Below the pieces are notes generated by a model. That model had not been told where the DNA came from. It saw nothing but the letters and a program-made list of their open reading frames with translations, and did no database searches. From Podospora anserina (Eukaryota): a stretch of DNA of 64,000 nucleotides. A program made the position numbers and the translations under genes. The stretch covers positions 2,232,001-2,296,000 of the forward strand of contig CM030332.1 in the NCBI GenBank assembly GCA_017654855.1, given 5' to 3'. Below, piece by piece: positions 63,135 to 64,000 of the stretch (within the stretch, counting starts at the first letter, position 1; each line of letters opens with the position of its first letter).

Positions 63135-64000
63135 GTTTGCGCGTCAATTGACCTTTTTTTTTTCTTTTGGTTTGGGAGGTTTGTTTAACGGGCAAGCCAC
63201 GGGCGAAATTATTGGCCGCGGGCTGAAAAGGCTCGGATTGCGTTCTTTCGGCAGCCGGGATCGGAGCTAGAAACCGTGGATCTTGATGTTGCCCCGCGGT
63301 TGGTTCCCGAGAAGCTCAAATCATTTGCTTGGCTATTTCCCGTTCGGGTGTAAATGAATGCGATCCAGAATGTGGGGTTGGAGCTCCAACTCGGTTTGCG
63401 TTGGGCCTGGCCGTTTTCCAGATGGCCTGTTGAAACGTTCTCCATGCTTGCCTGCTTGCTGGCAGGGTGCTCCTTGAAGTTCAATATCATATCCCGTACC
63501 CTCTTATCAACAACCCGGAGCTGTAGGGCTGGAAAGGAAGGTGGCCTCAAGCGGAATATCGGGATTATTCCTACCGCTATGCCGTATATGTCTTCTACAT
63601 CGGACGGAGCACAAGCATCTGCGCTTTATATGATGATGCCGCCAGACGCAATGCATGACGGACATCTGAAACACAAGTCAGAAGAAGGCGGGATGGCCTT
63701 CTCGAAAGGGTATCCTGGCGCCAAAGACGGCTGGTCCGGGGAAAGCTGCGTTCTGATGCCCACGGTGGTAGCAAGACCGGCTCTGACAGGTTGTGTGTGT
63801 TAGACAGAGAGGCAAGCGGCGCTTTTCCAACGAAAAAGGCTGACGGCGTGTGGCAATGTATGTAGGAGGATATTTATTAGAGCATCGCGAGTGGTGGACG
63901 GTGGTGGACGACCTGGAGCACAGCCCCTGAAACCCACCTCTCTGCTGGAGCTGTTCCAGCTTTGGGCCAACCGTTGTGCACCCACCTCAACGGCGCTTTG

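Overview
Eukaryotic DNA from a filamentous ascomycete, with short GT-AG introns and CTAAC/CTGAC branch points; gene content suggests a Sordariales fungus such as Podospora (inference). I reconstructed about 19 intact or partial protein-coding genes by manual splicing. Conserved genes: the 5' part of a NEDD8-specific protease (DenA/SENP8-like, truncated by the left edge), a GliK-like gamma-glutamyl cyclotransferase, NAD-glycerol-3-phosphate dehydrogenase head-to-head with glycogen debranching enzyme, an intron-containing tRNA-Tyr(GTA), a UPC2-like Zn2Cys6 factor with a probable GC-AG intron, two convergent J-domain genes, a CorA-like membrane protein, a YjjX-like NTPase, a secreted Cu-only SOD, an RraA/HMG aldolase, mitochondrial EF-G1 and homoisocitrate dehydrogenase. 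Two accessory zones interrupt them. One is a decayed block at about 22-33 kb containing a HeLo-like/ankyrin-type pseudogene whose stop codons look RIP-derived. The other, at 39.6-46.4 kb, is a six-copy tandem array of divergent small secreted proteins (2 intact, 2 disrupted only by small indels at G runs, 2 relics), the most notable unannotated system here. A 249-bp MITE-like element with 32-bp TIRs and a 5-bp TSD lies at 3604-3852. All family assignments come from motif recognition by eye; no database searches were run.
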